A program made the translations under genes and the position numbers. Positions 24,197-36,399 of a DNA stretch of 64,000 nucleotides are shown piece by piece (positions within the stretch are counted from its first letter, which is position 1; every line of letters begins with the position of its first letter). The stretch covers positions 68,078,001 through 68,142,000 of the forward strand of contig CM059432.1 in NCBI GenBank assembly GCA_030390025.1, written 5' to 3'. Under the pieces are notes generated by a model. The model saw nothing but the letters and a program-made list of their open reading frames with translations, searched no databases and was not told where the DNA came from. The DNA comes from Squalus acanthias (lineage: Eukaryota).

Positions 24197-24569
24197 TTTA
24201 ATTCAGAAACTCAATGCAAATTGGCTAAATTTTCATATGGTACCAAACCAGGAGGAACAGTGGAATTGACGGAGGCACCCCTAAATTACAGAATGAGTTA
24301 GACAACATATGTAAGTGGACTGAACAATGGCAGATCAAAATTAATGCAGACAAGTGTAAAGTATTGCACATAGGAAAAAAAATCGGTGACACATGTAATT
24401 GATGAATGGCATAGAAATTGCTACCGATGGGATTGAAACAGACCTAGGAGTCTGAGTATACTCTGCTCAACATATTGATCCGATACAGAGCAGCAATTAA
24501 CAAGACCAATAGAATGTTAAACTGCATCGCCAAAACAGTACCGTTTTAATTCTGGCAATTTTCCTAGTT

Positions 24570-25810
24570 ATTCCAAAATGTCCTTTTTCCTCAGCCAAGG
24601 ATTCCCAAGGTCAACAGGGCCCTCGACTGTGTCCATCTCATTTCTTGCACATCCGCTCTCACCCCTTCTCCTCACTCCCTGAATCATCATAGGGTTCCTC
24701 TTGTCCTTAGCTTCTACCCCACCAGCCTCCACATTTGACGGATTATCCTCTGCCACTTCCACCATCTCCAACGTGATAGCACTACCAAACACATCTTCCC
24801 CTCCCCTCCCCTTCCAGCATTCCAAACGAACCATTCCCTCCGTAACAGTATGGTCCACTCCTCAATCACCACGAACACCTTCTCTCCATCTCCAGCACCT
24901 TCCTATCAATGTTCCCTCTAATTTTTCTTTGAGCCTTTGACGGCAATTTACATGTACTTCCTCCAACCTAGTATACTATATTCACTGCTCACGATGTGGT
25001 CTCCTTTACATCGGGAAGATCAGACGCAGATTGAGTGATCGCTTTGCTGAACACGTCTGTTCTGTCCACAAATGCAATCCTGAGTTCCTGGTCGCTTACC
25101 ACTTAATTCTCTGTCCCACACCCACTCTGACCTCTTTATCCTTGGTATTCTACACTATTGCAACAAAGGTCAATGCTAGCTCAAGAAACAACACCTCAAC
25201 TTTCTACTAGGTACTTTACAGCCCTCTGGCCTTAATATTGACTTTAAACAACTTCAGACCTTAACCACAGCTCCCATTTTCTCTCAGGACAGCAGGTCCT
25301 GAGAATGTAAGATGGGTGAACCAGCGCATCTAGGAATGGGGGAAGTTGTGGGCTGGTGCTTGGGATGGGAATCCCACCACTGGCGGGGTGGTCTGCACCC
25401 CTGGTGTCACCTGCCTATTTCTTCCACCATACTCCCAAGCCACTGGAGCCTTCTCCACTTTGCCAGATTTTCTATGCATCCCTCCTTCTCTGCTCTGCTG
25501 CTGCAACCATTTACACATCCTCAGGGGCTCCTTTTGGTCTTACACCATTATCACTTCTGTCATTTAATCATCTCCTGACCTCCACCTAATCATAGACATT
25601 TCCCTTTTTTTTCTCCCTGCCCACTTTTCCCTGGTTCTGTTTCTCCTTATAAACTGTTCATCTGTAACATTTGGCGATTCTGATGCAAGGTCATTGACCT
25701 GCCACGCTAACTCTACCTTGCTTTCTACAGAGGCTGTCAGACCTGCTGAGTGTTTCCAGCATTTTCTGTTTTAATTTCAGACATCCAGCATCTGCAGTAT
25801 TTTGCTTTTT
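24570..25810 (+). mobile_element. Penelope-like element fragment (GIY-YIG endonuclease end and terminal repeat)
   Basis: CSRCGLLYIGKIRRRLSDRFAEH near 24985-25053; degenerate hammerhead core at ~25680. Confidence 0.7.
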
Positions 25811-26429
25811 CTACCATTGTTTCCTTGATGGGCTGAATGGCCTGTTTCTGTACTGTAACATTCTACAATTTTAATTTAAGGATGAAATGCTGACTGAAAA
25901 TATAATGAATCTTCCAAAGTTATAGCTTGTCAAATTCACTACACTAGACATAATATGTGAAAAATAAAGTTCCATTAGCTTGCGGTTTCAGTCATTTTTC
26001 ACAGGTTTATTATCAGCATTGCTATATTACTCTGCAATAATAAGACGTGCAGTGATTTCAGCACAATTGTTAACTCTTCATCATCACACATTGAAGGTAC
26101 AAAATGCAGTGATCACCAATACCCATAGATAAAGCCATATATCTCAAACTGAATGCAATTGCTTCCAGGAAATTGGGTCCATTTATCATCTGTCATTATA
26201 TTCAGCCTATGGTTGGCGATGCATTATATTGATGGAGACTGTGGAAGCGGAACACTGCTCTTTTGACAATGTGTGCATCTGTAGTGGTGTGAGCTGACCT
26301 TGCGCTTTAATATGAGATTAGTTCCTTTGCATTGTATTGCATTGCTCCTCACACAGAGCTCATAAAACAAAGGATTACTGGTCACCTTAAAGCTATAATG
26401 CAATTGAGGAGTAGAAATAACTGCAGCAA

Positions 26430-26625
26430 GACCAGGATGCAGCTTTACAGGTCTTGCTGCAAGAGGTGCTGGAGAGTTGGGTGATCTTTCTTGGAGTGGA
26501 GGGTCATCCCCCTGTAAATGGTACAAGAGCAGCTTGGATTGAGATATCAGAAAGAGTGAATGCTGTCTTATCTGTGACTAGATCCTGAGAGTAGGTGAAG
26601 ATGAAATTTGCTGGTTTCAAAAATC
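26430..26625 (+). pseudogene. Harbinger-type Myb/SANT exon remnant
   Basis: RAAWIEISERVNAVLSVTRS*E*VKMKF. Confidence 0.55.
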
Positions 26626-27024
26626 AGTTGTTCACGCTTTGCTTAATTTTACCATGGATCTTAACTGCACTTCATTGTATGCTTGGAGAAACATCACAGA
26701 AGGAGAATACACAGCACTCTAGCAACTATTCACCAGCATGCAGAGTCATGCTTATCTTTTAACATTGCACTCTGTACTGCTGCTCTGCAATGTGTTTATC
26801 TAACAGCTCACAAAACGTGGCAAGGAGCAGACACCAAATTGGTTAAAGATCAGAAAACACAGAGTAGTGGTAAATAGATTTTTTTAATCTGGAGGGATGT
26901 AAACAGTAGTGCCTCTAAGGATCAGTGTTCGGATTATTGTTCTTCCCAGTGTATGTAAGTGAGCTGGTAATAAGAGAAAACTATTTCCACTGGTTGGGGA
27001 ACTAGAGGGAATAAATTTAACACA

Positions 27025-27250
27025 AAAAGAAAATACTGCAGATGCTGGAAATCTGAAATAAAATCAGAAAATGCTGGAGATACTCAGCAGGTCAGGCAGC
27101 ATCTGTGAAGAGAGAAACAGAGTTAACGTTTCAGGTCGATGACCTTTCATCAGAACTGGGAAAAAACAGGAAATGGAACAGATTTTTAAGCAAGGGTAGG
27201 GGCTGGGAAATGGGGGAGGGGATGAAAGAGCAAAAGGGAAGGTCAACTCG
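27025..27250 (-). mobile_element. Penelope-like terminal repeat with minimal hammerhead ribozyme, inserted in a CR1 remnant
   Basis: Minus strand AGTT-CTGATGA-AAGGTC-ATC-GACCT-GAAA-CGTT-AACT. Confidence 0.75.
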
Positions 27251-27904
27251 TTACAAAAAAAATGAAGGGAAATGTTAGGAGAAATGTTTACACAGATGGT
27301 TGTTAGGACATGGGATGGTTGACCAGAAAAAGTGGCAGAAGGAAAATCTATAATAGCTTTCAAAAGAGAAGTAAAGAGGTATTTGCAAATTAAAATATTA
27401 AAAGGGTTTGGGGAAAGGAGAGGAGGATGTGACTACATGGATAGCTCTTTCAGAGAGCTGGCACAGGATGTAGGTAAATTATGGACCTAACACCAGTTGA
27501 AAGACTCCATCGAGAAATGAGTCGGCCCTAAGCGGGGCAGGCGTTGGACCTTTAAGATTCTTCAGCAGCATCCGATTCCAGCGAAGTTAAAAATGTGTTG
27601 TTTGTTAAAACCCTATCCTGTGGAGCCAGGAGGAGCAGGAGTTCTCCCATGACTCCAGAGGAGTTGTGATTGGCTTCCCTCATAGCCCACTCTAAACCCC
27701 ACCCCAGGACTTAACTGAGGGACACTGTCGATGAGGCAGACAGCTCTTTGTATATTGATGAGGCCTGAGACCCAATTTGCTTCGATCCTCGGACCTCTCG
27801 GTACGGGCACTGCTCATGCAGCATCTAGTCTGGGCCCAAAAACAAAACCAGATTAATTTCTAGGCTTGTGTTTCTATGGTGACTGTCACGTTCTGTTTAT
27901 CCCA

Positions 27905-28388
27905 CTGAAGAAAAAAAAAGAAAGAAAGACTTGCATTTATATAGCGGCTTTCATGACCACCAGATGTCCCAAAGCACTTTACAGCCAACGAAGTACTTAT
28001 TGAAGTGTAGTCACTGTTGTAATGTAGGAAACATGGCAGCCAAATTGCATGCAGCAAGATCCCACAATCAGCAATGTGATAATGACCAGATAATCTGTTT
28101 TAGTGATGTTGATTGAGGGATAAATATTGGCAAGGACACCAGGGATAACTCCCCTGCTCTTCTTCAAAATAGTGCCATAGGATCTTTTACATCCACCTGA
28201 GAGGGCAGTCGGGGCCTCAGTTTAATGTCTCATCTGAAAGACAGCACCTCCGACAGTGCAGCACTCCCTCAGTACGGCACTGGGTGTCAGCCTAGATTTT
28301 TGTGTTCAAGTCTCTGGAGTGGGACTATGAACCCACAACCTTCTGACTCAGAGGCGAGAGTGCTACCAACTGAGCCACAGCTGACACA
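27905..28388 (-). mobile_element. tRNA-headed SINE (DeuSINE/SacSINE1-like) with L2-type tail
   Basis: Minus head GTGGCTCAGTTGGTAGCACTCTCGCC..GGTTCA; tail GCTATATAAATGCAAGTCTTTC; related pieces at ~34720-34970 and ~48621-48735. Confidence 0.75.
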
Positions 28389-28730
28389 GAAGAATCCATA
28401 AGTTATGGCTATGTGGAGCAAGATATATTTATCTACTTTAATAAGAAAAAAAATTCTGTAAACACACAGCAGGTTCTGATGAAGGGTCCCACCTGAAGTT
28501 TTAAACTTGCCTTTTCTATTTTCGGATCGCTGACAGTGGGGCTGCATATTTCCTGTAGCTTGTTAGTTTTATTTCAGATTTCAACATTCACAGTTTCCTT
28601 TGTATCTATACAAGCAGTCACAAAGACATATTTGCAATCCTTCTCTTTGGCATTGTTGACGTTTTGTGTTGAATTGTATTATTGACTTCAGTGCTTTAGG
28701 TTTATTGACTTCAGTGTTTTTTAACATTTT

Positions 28731-29585
28731 GGGTTTGAAATTCAGCTCCGTAGCTCCCAGTTTTTCAGCGCTATGGGTGCCATTTTGTGTCCAAAATGGT
28801 CTCTGTGCCACGCGTGCAGACTTCTGGTGCGGGCTGCGCCAGACACCATCTTGGTAAAGGCCAAATAAGAGGCGTCGTTTACCCATGCCTGAAGCAGGCT
28901 TATGTCATTTGCCTATGCAAATAAGGGGCCGAACCCCTGCTCCTGGTCCCTGCTGCAACTTTGGTTTGTGCCTGAGGCAGCCAGCACCAGTGTTAATGCC
29001 TCCAGGAAACCAATGCTAAACACCACGTAAGTAAAAAAAGGTAAGTACTTATCATAATCACCACTGCTGCCGGTCCCAAGATCTCCGATCCCACTCCTGA
29101 CTTCGACCTCCAGGCACTCCTGATGTCCCCCTGGCCCCCACCTCCTAGCCCCTCATGAAAGCACTCCTGACCCCCCAACAATACTCCAGACCCCCACAAT
29201 CCTCCTACCTGTCCTTCGACAGCTCTCCGATCAGACTCCAAGGTCTAGCCGTTCCTCCTACAGACACCCGCGATCCTCCTACCTGTCCCTCGACAGCCCT
29301 CCGATCGGACTCCGAGGTCCACCCATTCCTCCTCCAGACCCCTGCGATCTTCATGCGTGACCCCGACAGCCCTCCGTTCAGACTCCGAGGCCCAGCTGTT
29401 CCTCCTCCAGACCCCCGCAATCCAACCCAATCACTTACCTGGAAATTGGAGCGCTAACCTGTGTGGACTCATTCCGCAGCGCCATCTACATGATAATGAG
29501 GCCCAAAGCCGAAAATCTGGGGCTCCTCGGACCTCCCCACTCTATGGGTAAGGCGCAAAAAAATGGGCGCTTCCGAATTTCTAGG
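28731..29585. mobile_element. Non-autonomous Harbinger-like element
   Basis: Ends GGGTTTGAAATTC ... GAATTTCTAGG. Confidence 0.5.
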
Positions 29586-29589
29586 AAAT

Positions 29590-30410
29590 TATTTTTGGGT
29601 ATGTAATTTTACAATTTTCAGGAACAACACATTCAAGGACTTTGGAGAGGAGATGGAGGTTGGAGGTTGGGCAGTAGTTTGCAATGACAGAGGGGGTGAA
29701 ATGAGGAGGGGGGCAATGACGGCAGATTTTAAAGGGAGGGGGCAGTACCTGAGCAGAGGAAACTGTTTACAAAATCAGCTAGCATGGAAGCTTCCAGGAA
29801 GGAAGTTGGGTGGTCACCAGTACAGTGGGAATAGGGTCGAGACAGCAATAGGTGGGTGTCATAGACAAGATGTGCTTGGTGAGGACATGAGGGGAGATAG
29901 GAGAGAAGCTAGAGAAAGGTGTGTGTTCAAGGCAAGGGCAGGGGGAACCTTAGGGGTAGTTTGGCTTAGTGGGCCAAGGGAAGGGAGGGATGAGGCAGAG
30001 GCAGCTGAAAGGATTCTCAATCTTCGTGACAAAGAAGTCCACGAGCTCTTCGCACTTGTTGTTGGAGGTGAGATTTGAGGGGGCTGAGGAGAGGGGATTA
30101 AGGAGACAAGTGATAGTGGAGAAAAGAAGCCAGGGGTTATCTTTACATTCCAGGTGATCCTGGAGTAGTGAAAAGTTTTGGCGGAGAAGAGTAGGGCCCG
30201 ACAATGCTTGATGTTGTCCAGCCAGATCTGGCATTGAATGGCTAAACCAGTTGTGTGCCACAAACATTCAAATCTGCATCTCTTGGACTTAAAGGTGCAA
30301 AGATGGTGGCCATACCAAGGGGAACGAGCAGGGTGAGAGAGAGTAAGGGTTTTACTGGGGACAAGGGCATCAAAGGTGGAAGTGAGGGTGTGATTGAGCA
30401 GAGGTAGCTG
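29590..30410 (-). mobile_element. L2-like LINE ORF2 fragment
   Basis: AKTFHYSRI..KDNPWLLFSTI..CEELVDFFVTKIE. Confidence 0.7.
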
Positions 30411-31090
30411 TTAATAAATACTATGGAGGAGGGTGCTTACAGTAATTTCTGCAAATGTGCTGGTTACAGAAATCTTTATGACTAGGTGGCTAGCATGTTG
30501 GATAGGTTCTTCCCCCTACCCTTGCCTTGAACCCACACCTTTAAACAGATTCATCAAGCTAGAGACAATAATATGTTTGATAATTCACTTAATTTATAAT
30601 TGACAAAACATTAATCTTAAACACCCTAAACATCCATACAGAGTGGCACACATTAGCCCTGCATCCAAACCTCACGTATGTAGATTTAATGGGGACCCAT
30701 GAAGATGGCTTGTCCAAGCCTATTATCGCCATCAAGTCTCGAAGGTAGCAACAGTCTTTTTCTAACTAAGTAAATACACGGCATCCCTTTAAACCATTTT
30801 CTTTATGGTCTTCTTCCTGTTGGATGCAACAGTATCTGGTGCTTTATGGCCATCCAGTTGGTCAAACCAATTGACAAACAGAGATGAGAGGCCCATGCCT
30901 TTTCACACCATACTGTTACTTCCTATCATTACTTTTCCCCGAGCAATAGCTTTGTTGTAAACAACTTTTGATGCATGCTGTATCCTATTATATTGCAGCA
31001 ATCTCCTTCCCTTATCCTACCCCCTGCTGTGATGACAAGCCTCTATTTTACAAGCTTATGTACCAATTTTAATAACTCTTTAAGCTCAAT

Positions 31091-33516
31091 GGGAGAGAAA
31101 TTTGTGTTTGCTAGTACATTTGCCAGTGTCACTGGCAACTGGAGTTAACGGCCGCTGACAATGGCCGCAACGCTAACAGGGCAAAATTCGTCTAGGGGGC
31201 TGGAGATTGGTGGTGCAGCTCTTACCTTCCATGCAACATCGTCCTGGTGGCATTAGTGGAAATATCCGACCCGAAGTTTCTGTCCAGGTGCGGCGGTTGA
31301 GCTTCGCACAGCCTCTGGAATCGAGGCTGTGAAGCTCGCAAGGAATTGTGGGCAACGAAAAGGCCTGTGAATTAAAGGGGCCATGCACTCTGAACTAAAA
31401 CAAATTAAATTGAAGTGAAACAATGCAGTTTTAAGCCCTTTCTGCCTTTTCAAAAAGATTAACATTAAAAAGAAGTCCCAAATGTGAATATTCAGCACTT
31501 AAAGCTGAATTCCCTCACTAACCTCAAAAAATAGGAAAACTGCCTCAGCACTGACACAAATGGCTCAGCAAGCCAGGGAAGGGACACCCAGGGTCTCGCA
31601 CGCAGCACTCCAGCTTTGTGCAGGGGGTCAACACTGCAAGACAGGCCCTCTACCCAGCGGGGCCAGGAGGCCCTCCAGAAAGAATGATGTGGGACCACAT
31701 CACCGAGGCCGTCATTGCCAGTGGTGTCGCCCCCCACCACCTGGCTCCAGTGCCCAAAGAAGCTTTCTGACCTCAGACAACTGGTCAAGGTCAGTGAATG
31801 CATCTTCAAAAGCCGTCTCCTACCAACTCACCACTAGCCTCACACACTGCTCAATGCACAACCCTCAATCACTCACCTACCAACAATCTGCACCAATCAC
31901 GAGGCACATCTCCCATTCCTAGCCTCACCTCATCCCCTTGGAGGAGACAGTGCAGGCCATTCTTGGCAGGGGCATGGCTGAGCCCTTGGCCAGTGGCAGG
32001 GCTGAAAGGATACAAGATGCGGGTCTCCTCATACATTAGCCTCCTTCTGGCATGCACCTCAGGCTTTCCCACCCTCTGCTCACCGCCACTCCACCCTTGT
32101 GCCTTCCTCATTTCACACGCCCAAGAAATGCAGCCTGCCCAGCCAGTGGGTGATCAAAAAGAGGGAGAGGAGAGTGAAGAAGACGACGAAGAAGAAGAAA
32201 TACCGTCACTCGATTTGACACTCCCAGCCACCAGCTCCTCAAGGTCGACCAGCAAGGCCATTTGCAGTGTCCCCCACTGAAAGTCAGCAGCCTTCCATCA
32301 TCCATGCTGCAGCCACTGGGGTAGCACTTCATGACATCAGTAGGATAGGTAAAGACACACACAAGACAGTCTCTAAGAGAATGCATAGGGTGATGAGTTG
32401 ATTTCTTGATGTCACATTGGATGGATAGATGTATATAGTTGGATTGGAAAGTTTGCCTTGTGGTGGCTTTTATTTCAGCATTGTGGCCAAGTGGACATTG
32501 TGATGGAAGGTATGGTATGGGAGTAATGTTGAAAGGGGAATTGGGGTTGTGGTCACTGGGACCGCAGGCGGATGATTCCATCCTGGATACCCTGTGACGT
32601 AAGAAAACCACTAGGCACTTGGTCTAAGCATTAAACAAAGCTTTAATCAACTGTTTTACAACATGGAGATCTAGTTGTGCCCTTCACTAGTTCCTGTTAA
32701 GAATGTCCTGCACAAGCTGGGCCTGTGCCCGAGTATTTATACTCTCCCTGGACAGCGCCACCCGCAGGCCACTCAGTATTATTTCATAAGTCTTTCTTTC
32801 ATGAATGACAGATTCATGTCACCCTGGCCACAAAGGGGCTGTCTGGGATGCATCCTTGCATCTGCTTCCTCCTCTTCTGTGTCTGCCTCTTCTCTCTGCA
32901 AGCGGATGCTGTAAATGTGAAATGACAGCACAAAATGACGGAAATACTCAGCCGGTCAGGCAGCATCTCGACCTGAGACGTGAACTCTGTTTTTCTCTCT
33001 ACAGATGTTGCCTGACCTGCTGAGTATTTGCAGCATTTTCTGTCTTCTCAAAGACCTTCATTTACTATCCGAGCCCTTGCAAGCGTCCAGCAGCACTCCC
33101 TACACACTTAAAAAACTTTTCACATCTATTGCAGCAAGCCACTGCTTTAATAAAATCAAAAAATTCCAGTCCAAAAGCTTAAATACAAACTTACCTGAAT
33201 GATGTGTGTGTCCCTTTGAGAGGTGCTGACATCGTCACTGTCAGCCAGCACCAGGTTAACCTGACGTGCTTAGGTCCCAGCGCTGAATTCAGCGCTGGGG
33301 TTAAAGTTCGTGTTTGTGATGTTAAGTCGGCGTTACACGCTGATTGACGTCACAACGCCGCCATTTTGTTTGGGATGGCGCTGCCAGTTACTGGCAGCGC
33401 AAAGGTAAGAACCGAAATGGCAGCCGCCGTGGGACTCGCCACCAGCTGGCGAAAGAGCGGCGGCCAGCCATTTAATGGCGCTACGAAGTCGCACTAAGGC
33501 CACGAATTTCTAGCCC
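31091..33516 (+). mobile_element. Internally deleted Harbinger element with Myb/SANT remnants
   Basis: TIRs GGGAGAGAAATTTGTG / CACGAATTTCTAGCCC; 3-bp TSD AAT both sides; WLQCPKKLSDL-like exon remnant. Confidence 0.85.
32595..32821 (-). mobile_element. Solo LTR (227 bp) with 5-bp TSD
   Basis: TGACGT...ATGTCA flanked by CCCTG on both sides; minus-strand TATAAATA and ATTAAA. Confidence 0.7.
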
Positions 33517-35197
33517 AATATTTCTCCACCTAGTTTATTTATTTATATGTGCCTATCTTTGCAGTACAATGTGCCTGGTCCTGAAATTCATCCTTCTCTA
33601 ATGTTTTCAGCATCGTTGAGGGGAAAAGTCAGGCTTTTTGAGAACACGATTTAAAACAATTCTGTCTACATTACTGTTTTATCTTTGTTAGAAATAAAAG
33701 TAATGTAAAAACATCGATATTCTTACAGTGTGACTATGTGATAATGTAAAAATGCATAAAAGAAAAAAGTAAAATGAATGTCAAAATATAAAAATAGTAC
33801 AGAAAGAAAATGGGAAAGAATAAGCATTGTGAAATAAGAATACCAGGGTGAACAGAATTAAAGGGGGGAAGTTTAATCCCCACAAATGGGTGGGTTTGGG
33901 TCGGGTGAGATGTTAAAATTTTAAAAATCTCAAACCCGAATCCAACCTGCCTCGAATCCGCTCACTTCCAGTTTTAATGAGGCAGGTGGCTCATTTAAAT
34001 CTTTTAATGAGGCTGACTGCCTCAGATTTTATCTTCCAGCTTTAGTGCTGGCCAGCCAGGTTTCTTGGGCCTCAGGAAACGCAGTAGCTAAAGTGAGGTG
34101 AGGACTGCTGCATGGAAGAAGTAAGTGCCTTTCCAGCACAGCTTGTGGGCCAGGAGGAGCAGGAGTGCTCCCCCTGGCCCCACAAGCTATCCTGTTTCCC
34201 TCCCCGCGATCAGACCCCATCCCTGCAATCACCGACCACCCCCACGATCATCAACCCCCACAACCCCCCATCTCTGCCCCCAATCTCTCTGACCCCCCTC
34301 CCACATGCTCACCCCCCAACCCTCTGTTTCCACCCCTTCCACCCGCGATCTCTACCCTGAGCAGCAGGTAACCTACCTGCTCCTGAGCTGCGGCCTCTTC
34401 TGCAGCGTTTCCAGCCCGACAGGGAGCCAAGCCTGTTAATCCAGCTGGCTTCCGGGTGGGGATCCTGCTAAAAAAAACTACACACGCTGTGGAGTTAAAA
34501 CTCCACGGGTTTTGGGGACAAGAACGCTTCTCCCCCACATGGAAATCCTGTCCCAGTAAATATCAGAGCCAAAGTGTTCAATTTTTAAAAAATGTTAGTT
34601 AAAGTCACTCGGGTGATTCTATGATCCCGTGCTCCCAACAGTGAGCCGTGCTCACAGGGAGCACAAGTTGGTGATAGGGCGACAACTTTATAGCCCAGAT
34701 TCCTCTTTGTTCACCTATTGTATCAGAAGGCTGTGGGTTCACGACCCACTCTAAGACTTGAGCGCATAATCTAGGCTGACATTTCAGTGCATTACTGAGG
34801 GAGTGCTGCAGTGTCAGAAGTTCTGTCTTTTAGATGAACTGTTAAACCAAGGTCCCGTCAGCCAATTCAGATGGATGTGAAAGATCAGGAAATTTTTCCA
34901 GGGTCCTGCCCAACATTCCTCCCTGAACCAATGCTAACAAAATGCGTTTGTGGCCATTCATCTTATTTGCCCTGTTTATGATCGCTGGAAATATATATTT
35001 TCTGATTTGTCAAAAACAAGGTTTTGGAAAGTTCACTACTTAAGACTGAGGGATCTTGATAAGGTAAATCGGGAAAAATTATTTCCACTGGTGGATGAAT
35101 CGATAAATTAGGAGCATAAATTTAACATCACCACCAGAATATTGCAGTGAGAGATTAAGAGAATTTCATTTTACACGGCGGATTGTAAACACATGGA

Positions 35198-35849
35198 GGG
35201 GCAATTTTCAACTGCCGACCATCCATTTCTCACTTGAGAAATAGGTGACTGGTAGCTGGACTACGGGAGGGTGAGGGCCCTCGGTCACCCGATTGACACC
35301 CAAGGCCCACCTGATACAATTTTCAGGTGGGCGGGTAAATGGGCGAGCAGCACACGCACCTGTTTCCAGCGGAAGGCTGCTTAAACATGCAAATGAGGTC
35401 CTACACAGCTTGTAGGATCCCGATTGGAATTTTCAGATATAAATCGATGGAGAGTGCATGTTTGTACCAGGCATTGAGTTGGCCTAACCATTGATGCTCA
35501 AAGGGACCACTGGAGGCCCTAAGGAATTTTTAATATTTATTTTTGTGGGGCCAGGAGGAGCAGGATGGCTCCTCCTCGGCACCCCCAATAAATCTACAGT
35601 CTACTGGCAACCATGTGAGCCCCCGGAGGATAGTCTCTCCCCCCACCCACCCCCGCCACCTCCAAGGCATGACGGAACCAGTGAGCTGCAGTAGGGTGCC
35701 ATTTGGCACCTGCAGCTCATTGGCACCATTTAAATGAGGCCCAAGATGTAAATTCTTTGGGCCTCCCAATGTCGTTCATGGGCAGGCATGCAGAGAGGCC
35801 ACCTGGCTAATTTTGTGCTCCTCTCAGCCAGAAGTTAAAGATCGTCCCC
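35198..35849. mobile_element. Harbinger-like MITE inside a CR1 3' fragment (~35040-36050)
   Basis: GGGGCAATTTTCAACT / AGTTAAAGATCGTCCCC imperfect TIRs; related element at ~33863-34570. Confidence 0.6.
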
Positions 35850-36399
35850 AGAATTTCCTGCCAGAAACAATGGTGGAAGGAGAGTCCATAATAGCTTTCA
35901 AAAGGGAAGAGGATAAATAATTGAAAAAGAAAAATTTTAAATGGTTTGGGGAAAGGGCAGGGGAATGGGGAGAAGTGTATAGCAGTTTCAGTGAGCCAGC
36001 ATAGGCTGGATGGGCAGAATGACCTCCTTCTGTGCTGTGAAATTCTAAGTTATGCCCTGATTAATTGGTCAGATACATGCAAACAATAAGCACAAAATTC
36101 AGCTTTTCTTTCTGAAACGTCACTAAAACTGGAACTCTAACTGCTCTCTCCTAGGTTACCGATACACAGCACCATGATGTTGAGGAGCAGAAAAAAGCAA
36201 ACCAGGACACGTTTATCTTACGTTATTCTTTTAAAACAAGTATAAGTAGCACATTTATTAAACATAAAAATTGAATTTCTTGAAGTTTCTAAGAATGCAA
36301 TATTTTAGAAACAAATAGTTCGGAGAATACTTAATGTTTGCAATCAAGTATGAATTAAGATCACATAGAAATGGAAAAACAATAGTGTATATTTTCAGA

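Noticed and set aside
36154..36240. Possible host exon (acceptor CTCCTAG|G); similar candidate at ~40036
   Set aside because: No recognisable protein similarity or consistent exon chain
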